From positions 29,078,001-29,142,000 of the forward strand of contig CM060731.1 of the NCBI GenBank assembly GCA_030704615.1: DNA of 64,000 bases, written 5' to 3'. The notes under the pieces were generated by a model that was not told the origin of the DNA, ran no database searches, and worked only from the letters and a program-made list of their open reading frames with translations. Positions within the stretch are counted from its first letter, which is position 1. Each line of letters opens with the position of its first letter. Of the stretch, positions 12,661-24,800 are shown in pieces. The stretch comes from Takakia lepidozioides (taxonomy: Eukaryota > Plantae > Bryophyta). Made by a program: the position numbers and the translations under genes.

Positions 12661-15600
12661 CTACCCCCCCCCCTCCTAAAGTCTGCGCCTGTCACCCCTA
12701 AGGCCTCTGTTGGTCTAAGTCTACCATTCGTAAGTCTGCGCAAAAATTAAGGGTACCCCACAAAACCCATAAAAGTGTCTAAGTCCCAGACAACCCTCTA
12801 ACATAGGCCATAGAGGGTCTATTCCACAATTCACCCTGTTTTATCGGAGCTCCGAAGACCAGCTTTGGAGTGCGGGGCAACTAAGTTGCGGTATCTCAGT
12901 GGTATTACCCCAATATTTTTTTCGTTGTTTTATTGGAGTTCCAAGGATGAGCTTTGGGATTCAGGGCAAGCAGGTTGCGATAACTCAACCCCCATTATTT
13001 CTTTTTTCATGTTTTTGTCTCTCCATGTTCTGAATACAGTCTTATCAGAGTCCGGAGGTTAAGCTTTGGGCGCATGACAACTCAGTTGCGATAAGTCTGC
13101 ATTTTTAGTCTTTCAAGGAAGTCATCAACACCAAAAGGGACGGTGAAGCTCCTCTTTGAAAGCATTGAGGTCTGTTTTGGTTGATTCAGCAACGGTTGAG
13201 TCGTCCCGGGCCATTTTTCAGGTGTTGGCGCCATTTCAATGGTATTTCATCCAACATTGTATTTTGGAGATCTTACCACAACAAGGGAGATTTTTGTCAA
13301 TCTTATTCTCTTTTCTAAAGGCTAATATATATTAGTTTCTTCTTTTGAAAGATTCTTATCTTTCTTTTGTTTTATCAGGCCCTTCAAAGGTATATATATA
13401 TATATTTTTTTGATGCGTTTTTCCTCATTTTCTTTGCTTAGATACTTCAAATGTATTGAATATTTTGGTGCTGATGCAGTTCATCAAAGTGGTCGAACGT
13501 TTTGTGCAGTTGGGAAAATGACGGGACGAGCAACTACATGCACGCACCCGCCTAATGCACTCTGTAAAAAACACTCGCTTGTCTTGTCATGCACATTTTT
13601 TTGTCCCGCTGGGACTATCAGTCAGTATTCATTCTTGCTATATCAAGTATCTGCTTCAGAATCGATGCTTTCTGCATAGAGCACGGTGACTTCCTGAACG
13701 TGGATTTCTAACTTTTTTCCTCAGGTAGCAATCATCATAGTAGTGGTGTGTCTGTCATCTTTCTCCACCCCGCTGCATGATTTCATCTCATAGAAGAGAG
13801 AAAAGTTATGAAGCACGATGAGGGTGTAAAATGGGAGCGTAGAGTGATGGTTGTCGCTACCCTCACCAGAGAATTCTCAGGGAGTTGAAAAGCACTAAGA
13901 GGCCAGCTCTCCTTCTTTTTCCTTTATAGCTCTTCCAAGTAGGAAGACAATTTTGCTTTCATAGAACTTCTAAGTGAGTTTTACAATTCTTGCCAGTGTT
14001 GCAGTACAAGAAGTACACAGTTTTTATCATGAGAGTAGTTAAGAGAAATTCTCTTCCTCCTTGATCCTCCATCTGCTGGATAAGGTGAGCTTTCTATGAG
14101 AGAGTAATACATCCAGTATGTTTGTACCATTTGAGCTCCATGGTGAAAGTATCTATCGTAAGCTTCATCATGAGAATATTATGTTCAGCTCCACCGTGAA
14201 GGCTTCACAGGTGATGCTTTGTTGTTAAAGCTCGGTTTTGTTGGCGCGGTTGCTGTATGAGCCGGTCGACTCGAAGCTTTGCTTCTCGGTCTACTCCGTC
14301 TTGGGAATTCAAACCCAGTCCAGTGGGGGAGAATGGTGGTTTTGAAAAGTTTTTTTTATCTGGGACTCGAACTCTCTCCGAAGAGGGAGAGTGGATGGGT
14401 TTTCAACATTTTTTATCTTGTGAGGCGCGGGACATAATTATTCCTATATGACGCCAAAGTTTTCCGTTCTAGCGAGTAGCTAGGACCTTATGTCATATGA
14501 TCAGAGTTGTTGGTGTCAAGGTCAGCGAGAAGCACATTAGTTCTTGAACAAAACTCGGTCATAGTTATCCTCTTAATGAATGAGAGAGCACAAAGAAAAA
14601 GAATGAATTCACAGGGATCACCAGGATACTGTCAGAGTCAGACAAACTGTAAGACCAAAGAGAAAAACCCCCCATGAGTCTGCAAGTCCAAAGTTTTTTT
14701 TTTTTTTGCTAGCTTCCAGTTTGAGCCAGATAAAAGGTCTAGGTCAATGGTAAAGCCGATCATGTTTTAGTAATGTGTGTACCTATTTAGAGAGTTGTCA
14801 AACCAGTGATTCAGGGTTCTTTCACCCTCGGGACGAGTGTTCCCCATTGGTCGCAAGTGTTTTTGAGGCAAGGAGAGCCGATTTGTACATAGACAGCGAC
14901 GAAACAAGACCATTTGTATCGGAAACGTCAAAACGTCAACGTGGCTACTGGTATGGCCCACAAATGGAAGAGGTATGTGACGTCCATGAAGCCAAAGCGC
15001 TTAGGAGTTTATATGACTAGGGTACATGCAGGGAGCAGCAGGGCGTGCGATTCCAGTCGACCGTTTGAACATCTATGGGCCGATTAAAACGACTGTATGC
15101 AACGGTCTGCTGCCTATCCTCACCTCAACATCCGATCGCTATTCAAGCAGTGGAAAGTTAGGAGAGCTTGACCTCAATGACAACTACCCACTGGGTTATT
15201 CTTTCAACGACACGGTTGACAACAGTCTCGCAATTCCAGGTAGAAATTTCCACGTTGCTCCAATGCAGTTCATGAGGACGCCGGAGACGTGGAGCACACA
15301 TGCTCATGATACAATTTCATTTTCATGCTCGGATAAGTCAGTGACAGGGATCAAGCATGGGTTCCCTTGTGTTTTAGTTCATTCATGCAAAACAAACACT
15401 GCAGTGCGGCAAGTAGCAGACTACTGGAAGTGATCTTTTTTCCCCAGGAGGACAATTCCATCTTTTGGTATGATTTCAATTCCAGGAGCTTCCAAGGAGT
15501 CTTGGTCTCCTACAAAAAATCATAAAGAGGTTTTATCTAGCGGTAGCGGCCGACTGGGATTTTGTTGTGTTGAGTACCTTCAGCGAACAGGACGAGGTCG

Positions 15601-16059
15601 TAAACAAGCGCTGTTTGTGGAGGGATTTTTATGATGTGGTTAAAAAGGAGACAAGATGATGTGGAAGGAGTTTCAGCCCCTGGCATTGATCTGTTCCCAA
15701 CCAAAAAATTATGCTTCGCGTTGAAACATAGTTTTCACGTAAAATTAGCGCTTGTTTATTTTTTATGGTTGATGATTGGACCACATGAAATTGAGGATTG
15801 GTGGGTGTTTCAAGCATACCACAAGGGAGTTTGTGGCCAAGTTTTAAGAATTTTGGAGGAAGTTAGCAACAATTCACTATTTTTGAGGGTTTCGGGCGAC
15901 CGTGACCAAGAGAAATTCATTTTGAGGGTATTTTTGGGTCCACAAGAATCAGCACCGCCCCCAACCAGCTGGTTGGATGATTTGTGCCACCTACCAACCA
16001 AGAAGTGGTTGATTGCCTATTCCATCCAAGGATTTTTGGATGTCATCCATTCTTTTTTT

Positions 16060-17300
16060 ATAGTATTTATAGTATAAGTAGGTTAGGATTTGAGCTTGCT
16101 CAAGATTTCACTTGTGTTTTTTTGCTTGTTAGTTAGTTGCTTGAAGCTAGCTTGAGAAGCTTGCTTTATGTTTTGGCAACTAGCTTTTCTTGTGAAGTTC
16201 CTAGATTGCTTGTTGGCTTAAAGCTTAGCCTAGATGTTTTAGGCAAGCTTGGAGGAAGCATCTAGTTTGTGCTAGGGAGACTAGGGAGATCCTAGGACCT
16301 AGTGTGTAAGGGCCAAGAACCATTTTTATGTGAAAAAATAGAGCATCTTCCCCAAAAAGCAAAGAGGTTTTGTCATTTGAGAGTGTGGTGAGCCCTTGAG
16401 GAGTGAAGAAGAGGTAGGAGCAACAAACCCCATAGGAGAGGTGAGCACTACCCCTTCCCTTCAAGTTTTGGTAGCCTACGTAGCCAAGTGACCCCCTTTG
16501 AGTGGAGAGAATAGAGTCTTAGCCCTTGTTCATGTGTGATGCATTTTGGTGTTCTCTTGCTTGTCCATTGTTGTTGGAAGCTTATATCTAACCTTAGCTT
16601 GATCCTAGCTACCTAAAGAGTAGTGGGAGCTTGGGAAAGAGAGAGACTAACCCTCCTTAGTGGCCAAGAGGCCCAAGGAGTTGTCATTTTTATCTATGCT
16701 TTGTCTTTTGGCTTAAGAGTGGAAAGATCTAACCCCTAGAGAGCTAACCATGCAGTGGGATCTCTAGGAGGGGTGTGGGTTCTCTTTGTTGTTGGCCACT
16801 AGGCTTGATGTTCATGTGTGAAGCTAGTTAGGCATGCAAGGGAAGCTAACCCACTAATATTGGGTGGATGCTTGCATAGACCTTGTGGGAAACCTTCTTT
16901 TGTTTTGTTATTTCATTCCATTTGGCGCATATGAGTGTAGCTTAGTGTGCACTAAGCCCTCTAGACTTGCCATTTATTTGTCTTTTTGTTAAGCATATCA
17001 CCACCCATAGGAGAGGAGCAAGGTGGAAGAGCTAGCAAATTTGTGATGTTTTTTTCAAATTTATTTTGTCACTGGAAATTTATTTTTCATGCATAACTAA
17101 TTTACAGATCAAAAATCAGATCTAATATGGCCTCCCTAGCTTGGTTAAGCTATGGCCATAGCTAACCATTGGGAAGGTTAGGCTAGCCCATTTGGGGTTA
17201 GCTTGGGGTTTATTTCTTTGTTTTTTTGTAGGTGCAAGCAAAAGACCATGGATTTATGATGGGGTTCCCAAAAGTGAGGCGCCATAAAGGGGATACCATG
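16060..17300. mobile_element. Probable LTR/UTR-type retrotransposon remnant
   Basis: Composition only (ctag/aagctt-rich, non-coding). No boundaries or TSD identified. Confidence 0.3.
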
Positions 17301-17669
17301 GCAATAGCCATGAGTTGGCTATTGGTTTGAAGCGGGCTGTAGGCCCCGCGGAATCCGAGGCGTTGACCACCCCAACCCCCAAGCTGCTCGACAGCAGCCA
17401 CGTAGGGGGGTTAGGCGGTGCTGGCCACCTAAGCGTAGTCTGGCTTTATCCAGTGGTCCATCGCTTTACCCGGGCGGCCGCGACCAGCGGATCGTCGGCC
17501 CGCCCTACCACGTGCTGCCACGCTGCATTGCGACCAGCGGGTAACTAGGATGGTCCGGACCAGTGGGTAAGAAATTAAGGGGGGGTCTTAGCTAGGAAAA
17601 TACTTTTTGAATGGTCTTGCCTAGTTCGACTGAGGGATTCGTGGAGGGCGGTTTGAGGAGTGTATATAG

Positions 17670-18985
17670 GATGCTCTCATGCATGATATGGCGGAGTTGC
17701 TTGCCATGGTTGCTCACACTCCATTGTGGGGCTCGAGTAAGGATTTGTAGCGGGTTGGTGATCGACGGGTGCAACAAGCCTGGGTAGAGGCTTTTGTACC
17801 GTCAGGAGAGGAGGAGAGTGCGGGTATTGCACCAGGTCCATCTCAGTTGTCACCATTGGACACCGCACCGATCGTGTGGCAGTGTCCGGATGAAGGCATT
17901 TGCCTTCCGGACTTGTTTGGCGGGATCAACACCGGATTGGCTACTGTGCTATAGGCAAGTGTACGGGTACGGCGTTACTTGTATGTGGAGATGGATGAGA
18001 CTGCACGACGCGTCTCACTCCATCATGTTGCTCAGTTGATGCAGCAATATCCTGAGTTATTGCCGGTGTCTACAGTTCGTGGATATCAGCAGGCCTTGCC
18101 AGCAGACATTTCGTTGCTGGGGGTGCAAGATTTGGCTCCATTGATCTAGTAGTGGCAGGTTGGCCTGCCAAGGGCATTCATCAGCCGGCATGACAATGGA
18201 TTACGAGACTCAAGGTCGGGTCTGTTTTGGGAGATGGTGTGGGTTTTGCGCCACTTACAGCTTCATCAAGCTGTATCTCCAGCGTACAACTTGGAGAATG
18301 TGCCATTGATGGGCGATTCTCGGGCCAGGGTGATGGCCAGTGTGCATCAAGTCCGGTCGTGGCTTGGGTCAGCAGTGTTGCTGGATGCAGCTATAGTGGG
18401 GTCTCGGGCTCATCATCCATGGCTATGGTGGACTAACTTGATGCCACCCACACTGCTCAAGCGTGCATTTGATGGGGTGCAGCGGCCAACACACCTCACA
18501 GCGGATAGCATTTTGACACAGGGAGGCAGTATCAGCATGTGAGATACGATGACCGTTCGCCTTTGGCAGTGGTCAACAAGGTGGGTCAACCACGAGCAGC
18601 ACTACCTACATTGCTCAGCTTCCCAGGATCGTATGCTTTCCGGGATAGTGGACCTGGCCTCCTGTGGGATGCTCAGCTGCAGCAGTTAGTGGAGCCTAAT
18701 GCCGACGAGCGAGAGCGGGCTATGGGTTTTTCCACTGGGACCACGGCGATGCCTTCTCTTTCTGAGGCATCACGTTGTCAGGTGTTGGGGCAAGCGATGG
18801 ATCTCAATTGCTTGACAAGGATTATCAGCTTGGCTATGGCTGAGCAACGTAGAGTGCGGAGTGCACTTCCCTTGACGGTCTCTCTACCTACCGAGACGGT
18901 ACAGGCAGTGAGTGGGGGCGAGCCGGTGAGGACCACGAGGTGTAGACATCCATGGCACACGTGGGAGGTGCTTGAGGTTCAGAGG
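17670..18985 (+). pseudogene. Intronless C5 cytosine DNA methyltransferase domain (degenerate), probably TE-borne
   Basis: Motifs occur in canonical order: I DLFGGINTG (17910), II YLYVE, IV VAGWP/CQGHS (about 18152-18180, 1-bp frameshift), GLRDSRSGLFWE, VI LENV (18291), VIII AHHPWLWWTN, IX ERERAMGF, X R..VLGQAMDL. Stops and frameshifts are present. Confidence 0.9.
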
Positions 18986-20350
18986 TGTAGAATAAAACTA
19001 TAATCGATCCTCTATAAAAGAATCAATCAGTCTAAAGTTCGTTCGCTGGGGAAAGCACTATACGATTGTAAAATAACGATGCTAGACTATTCTATCTTTC
19101 TCTATCTCTTCCTTGGATCAACTTTTACTACCAGTCATCTTCATCTAACACGATCATCATTCTTCTAGATTCATAAATATTCTCTCCATCTTCTATTAAC
19201 TCTGCTCCATCGGCCGAAATTAAATACCATTGCTCCACTATATTTTTCCTCCAATAATCTCTCTCATACAAGGTCAACAACTCTCGATACCATCCTTTAT
19301 TTACTAACCATAGGTTGATTATCTCTCTGTCGCTACATTGTAATCGTTAAAACTATCTAGAGACAAACTATCAGGCAGTCCAGTAATTAATTCTACAGGA
19401 TATGCTATCCGTTCTCCTTCACACATCACTAGCGATCACTCTTTACCACCAATTTTGTTTCTCCAGTTGCTCCAGGGATTTTCCCTCACCAAAATTATGA
19501 TTCCATTCTCTCATAAGTTCAGGATAGCCTTCAAATGGTCGATACCACTTCTGCGACCAACTATGCTTCCAATAACAACTCCGGTATAGGATGTATATCT
19601 CTCTATACCATCCTCTATTGACTAATTGCAATAAGAATACTTCTTTATCACTACAACAAATCTTCTGAAAGATTATTATTGATAAATGATCTGGTAATCC
19701 AGTGATAACTCTGATACTTCCTTTATTCCCTCATCATTGTTTTCTGCCATGCAAATGATTTATTTCACTGTTGTACTCCTACACTTAATCCAACTAAAGA
19801 CTCTCTCTCTATCTTCGTTTCCTTAATCTGCTCCTTCTTGAACTCTGGATATCCATCTATCGATATTTCTCTTGGTAGAGCAAAAACTAATTCTCACACC
19901 GAATTCTTATCTTTTTCATGTGTGCGCATTCTCACCATCTCATATAATTATGGTTCTTCAGTTCTTACACACACAGAATCACATTCTCATTCCATCACTC
20001 CATTCTTCACACATACACAAAGTGAACTGCACTTCATTTTTCTCTTTTATTCATTCATAAATCACAACACTGCAAGAACGCAGTACTAAATCTACCATTG
20101 CAGAATAACTCTATAGTCTACCTCCTACTCACTCTACTCTCCCTACTCCGGTCACGGCTCTCTGGCTCAACTGACCCTTTTTGCTTTTCATGAACGTATT
20201 ATATAGTAGAGCGCTTCAATAACTGTAATAACCGCTCAAACTCCTTCATCCATCCTTTACAATTATTCGTCCATTTCTTCTATCATTCAGTCCAAGATAG
20301 ACTATCGGCTGTATACAAGATATCGAAGACTTATCAGTGCTTGCCACATA
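18986..20350 (-). mobile_element. Probable LTR retrotransposon fragment that interrupts the methyltransferase region
   Basis: Composition changes abruptly at 'TGTAGAATAAAAC' (18986). Pyrimidine-rich sequence resembles the 5' region of the Gypsy element at 11-12.4 kb. The far end is undefined. Confidence 0.4.
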
Positions 20351-21883
20351 TGTATCATCAAACAACTTCTCTCATGCTCCTCATTAAATAAAGTTGTGGG
20401 CCAACTAATGATCAATAATTTGAAACATTGAAGACATAGTCATGTGATTGCAAGCAACAGCCTGACTACCATAAATAAATGTATGAAGATCTAACATCCA
20501 CTTGAAAGCAATAGGCTATACTGGATAGCAGAATGAGCTCAATTCTAAATCTGCAAAGAGCAATTCATGGAATCATCAACCATGGCGGGAATTGAAATTC
20601 AAGTAATTTGTGAGGTAGCTGGAGTCCTAATGCCCTTTCATCAACCCTATAAACAACACATTGCATAACGAGGATAAGGTTTGTGGACCAACTGATTATC
20701 AATATCTGAAATAGGGCAGGCATAGTTGAGTTGCAAGCAATGGCCTGATTACCTGAATGGAACCATATCTTTGTTGAAGATAGTACAAAGAAGACCCAAA
20801 TGCTATGACATGGATGTGTAAAAGTGTATGGAGCAGGTATGGGGAGACATTAAAAAAGTCTAAGAGCTGATCTGGTGATGCTGGCAGTTCAAGGCTGCCC
20901 TATTGAAACAGCTTTCTTTGCCATTTGTTCAACAGGAATTTACATGCCTCACTGGGCCAGGAGGTAAGTTGCTCGACTTAGACAGTGAAATGCAACTTCA
21001 ACTCATTTGTGCAGGTGTAGGTGGTTCATCTCACCATCATCCACAAGTGGAAAGTGAGGGTCGATTTGACCCTTCTGCAAAGTCTGTGATCTTATGGCAC
21101 AGATGCTGGTGTGGGCAATACGATTGCCAACTTCATGAGAATGGGTAACTTGTATAAACGTTGCTCAGGTTCCCTGAGATTCTTGACTGAGTTCTGTTTG
21201 CCATTGTTGCGTGTTCTGACATTTATGGTTGGTACATGGCAGTTTGTGGACAAACAATAGCTTGGGCTCACTTGGATGTTGGAGGGCCTCTGGGATCAGA
21301 AGACTGGCACATCGACTGGCTTTCCTGTAAGGACTCTGGTGAATTGGATTGCATCTCAGTCAGTGGGGAGCTGGGCTGATACTGGCAACCCAGATGATAC
21401 TGCCCCCGAGATGATGCTACTGTCAAGCGTCAACGGATATGATACTGGCACCGGAGACGAAGATGATACTGTCGACGAAGAGGAATCCGTCAACGGAGAT
21501 GATACTGAGGATTCTGTCACGATTCCTTCAACGAACATGAAAGTGTCGACGGAGGTTAATGTTTCCTTTTGTACAAAATGTGTTCAGTAACACATCTCAC
21601 AGAGAATGAACCCCACCTTGGGGCCATAGCAGCTTCACCGCGCAATATACCACACAACAGCAATAAAAGCGTCACATCATTGAAGCAAGAGTGTACTGTT
21701 TCACCAGGTAGTGTGTGGGGTAGCATTCAGATGCTTTGTGCTTATAAATGGCCTTTTCGCTATTCTATACATGGGGGTTGGCCACATGGCTCAGCATTCA
21801 AATGTCAGCAGACACGAGAGTAGTTAGGCCTGCGAATTGTTGAAGTGGGCATTGTTAGATCGGCTTATTGGTGGGGCAAGAGA

Positions 21884-24800
21884 ATGTTCCCCCCAGTGTG
21901 GAGGGGCGCAGTGGGTGAAAAAGCGCGTTGGGTATTTTGCAAATGTAGCAATTCTTCACTTGTAGATCTCGAAGTCTCGTTGCCTTCTGCGAAAGACTGG
22001 TGGGTGAATCATGCTTGGAATTCGACATTGCATAAACATCTGCATTGGGAAAATTTGTGGGCAAGGACTTGGGTGGTTCAAAATGTGGCTTCAAGCAGGA
22101 GAGAGTGCTGCAATGTCAACTTACTAGGCTTTCAAACCTCTGAGGATCTGGGAACTGAAAATCTCTCTAGGTTAGAATTTTCAAGGAAGAGTCTTAGGGT
22201 TACAGAGGATTGGGGTGGAAGAGCTGGCCAATTGAGCACCGGTACTTCTCCTTGCCGTGACTTAGAAGGAAGTGATGCTGCTGTTACAGCTACACACAGC
22301 GTTCCATATCATCAGCTGGCGAGATATAGAATTAGTGGAATTCTTTCAATGGACTCAGGGCCTTTGCAGTTGCTTGGTATACTCGGCCGTACTCAAGGAG
22401 ACCGTTCTGTCAATGTGCTTCGGAATTTTGGATTGAATAAAAAGTATCCTGCAGATCTGCAAGTTTCACAGATAGCACAAACAGGTTCAGCAAGGAGCTT
22501 TCACTTCTCCACTTCCAATTTCGCTCCTATATATCATAGGGAAGAGGGGGAGAAGCCTCCAAGGCTGCTGGTGGTGCAACCCAGGATACACCCACGCGCA
22601 ATGTTGAAAGCAAAGCTGCTGGAGGCGATGCGCCTTGCAGATTCCCTGCAGGGTCTTAGAGGGGCTGGGAAGGTCGCGTCAGCGAAGCAGGCGTCACCCT
22701 TTGTCTTAGTGCAGAGTCCTCGGTCTCCGTCATCTAGCAAGCGACTACGTGCAGGTGTTTGTTTTTGAGAGGCAGAGGGATGGTGAATTCAGATTGTGCA
22801 AGCTGCTTCTTGTCAGTCTCTTAATCGATGTTTCGAATGATGTTGGGTCTGTGAGGGAGCAGAGAGAGAGAACTTGAAGAACTAGATAGATGTTTGAGCA
22901 ATGAACTACACTACTAGAAAATAGAAACGTTTCAACATGTCGGGCTACGTATTTGAGCCATTGGTAGGGAAATTTTATTCCTTCACTCTGAATCTGGTAA
23001 ATAAAAGATTGTTGGAAGGAGGAGGAATTCTATGAATGCATACTTTTATACCTCTTAGTCTGTAACAAGTTGTTTGGATGGATGCAGGTGCATATTTTGG
23101 ACCAGGGACCATAGACATTGTGCGAGCACATGTGGATGCTGCTGCTGAGAGGGTGAGCCAACCTTCCTCTATCAGTGGTCATACCACTTCTTTGCTGTGT
23201 GTGGAGGTTATGTGACTAGCTTTTACTATCTCTTTATGTGTCTCTTGCCTTTCACTCTTCTTCAGTTCTTTCACCATTCTATAGCTAACCTTCAGCCCAG
23301 TTCGATTAGCTCAATATCTATCTGGAGTTGGTCTTTAAGACGTTCGATGGTGTTTGCTCCTACAGCACCACCACACTATCCTCAACTTTGTCTTTTGACA
23401 GTGTTAAGTGGTTATAAACAGTTCTTTCACATGCTTTACTCCTACCGAACATTGAAACTGAAATTAAACTTTGAACCTCATTAGCCTGAAAAAAGTTTTC
23501 TCTGTGTTTAGCAGGCTCCGCTGGATGCAGTCTTTGTAAATGCGAACCTGTCTGGTGTTCAACAACGCAATCTTGAGGCAAGCTCTCTCTCCTTCCAGGC
23601 ATGATTGCAGCTGGTTTTACATGAATGGACTTCAGCGACTCATTCTGTGCACTTTACATTCATTGATGCATTCTCAGGTCATGGGCTGCGGAAGTGCCAG
23701 AAATAGAATGTACTTCCCATGGATGTCAATTTCATGTGCAGTGGCAATTAGTTACTCCAAAGATTGCACACAATATTTCATGGGGCTCCATAATCTGATG
23801 TTGCATCACCATCTTGCATATCATCTGGCCCTAGTTGAGAGGATGGATGCAGAGAGAGAGAAAGGGGAAAGGACCAGAAGCTATTCAATACGCCACATTA
23901 TTTCTATAGCATACACAAGAGAGAGTAAGTGTCTTCATTGGACCACAACTACAGAGGATTGTGTATGAAGAACGTGATGGCCCTGTAGGGTTTTTTGTGG
24001 ATTTACAGGCGGCCTGGGACCGGCCCGTGCTTGACCGAGTGGGACTCATCATTGAGATCTTTGGTGCACATGCTCAAACCAAAGAGGCCAAGCTCCAGGT
24101 TGGTAGTCATATCACCTCTTGACCTAATACAGGATCTGTTTGATTTCATGTACTAGATAATGCTGTCACAAAGTATCTGTCAGAGAGCCTTTTGCAGTTT
24201 AGTGAGCAAAAAGTGAAGCACCACAGCAAGTGAAATCTTTGTTCAGTATGATCGGGTTTCGTGTAGCATAATCTTATGTCTATCTTTGTCTTTTCTCCCT
24301 GTGCATACTTTGTCTGCGAGTGTGTGTGTGACTTACTGTATCTGAACTATAGGATTGTGGGCCACAGGTGTCCAAAGACACTGTTGGCTGTAACTGTGTA
24401 AGTGGTGCTGCACCCAGCAGCATGTAGTGTTTGAGGCAGTAGATGGTAATGACTTTGAAGTGGATAAAGAGGCAATTTGTAGTATTTCACCCTCAATCCG
24501 TCATTCCCATGCAATCCCTGTTTTGCAGGAGGGAGGGAAAGAAATTCTCATGTATCTTAACAGTACCTTGTGATAGCATGCAGGTTGAGTTGGCTGCATT
24601 GAACTATAAAAAGACACGACTGGTCCGCATGCGAGGCAAAGGAGGAGCACGGCTTGGCTTTGGTATGGGCGGGGAAGCGGAGGTGGTCAGCGCTCGGGGG
24701 TAGATTTATCTCCTCTTGTGCACCTATTTTTTTGGTTATATGCATGGTTAGTCAATCCTGGAATTACCCACTTTGACTCTGGTCGGATCTTCGAGTGTAA

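Larger units (their letters stand above)
5405..12840 (-). mobile_element. Degenerate Ty3/Gypsy LTR retrotransposon (non-chromovirus-like), 3' end cut by the CACTA element
   Basis: Minus-strand order is gag with Cys/His knuckles (about 9600-10300), protease (about 8450-8750), RT (YAYKVMPFGLCNAP about 7480, VFLDDF about 7390), RNase H (ASRLMNSAEKNYSTTERE, FYVDH), integrase (RFGCPLEFISDQGSHF, WDTKL..ALWSYRT) and GPY motif (WKGPYVI about 5450). There are many frameshifts and the LTR limits are not resolved. Confidence 0.9.

Noticed and set aside
14482-14498. 17-bp match to the Gypsy GPY region at about 5445-5461
   Set aside because: No flanking homology; likely chance or a tiny scrap.
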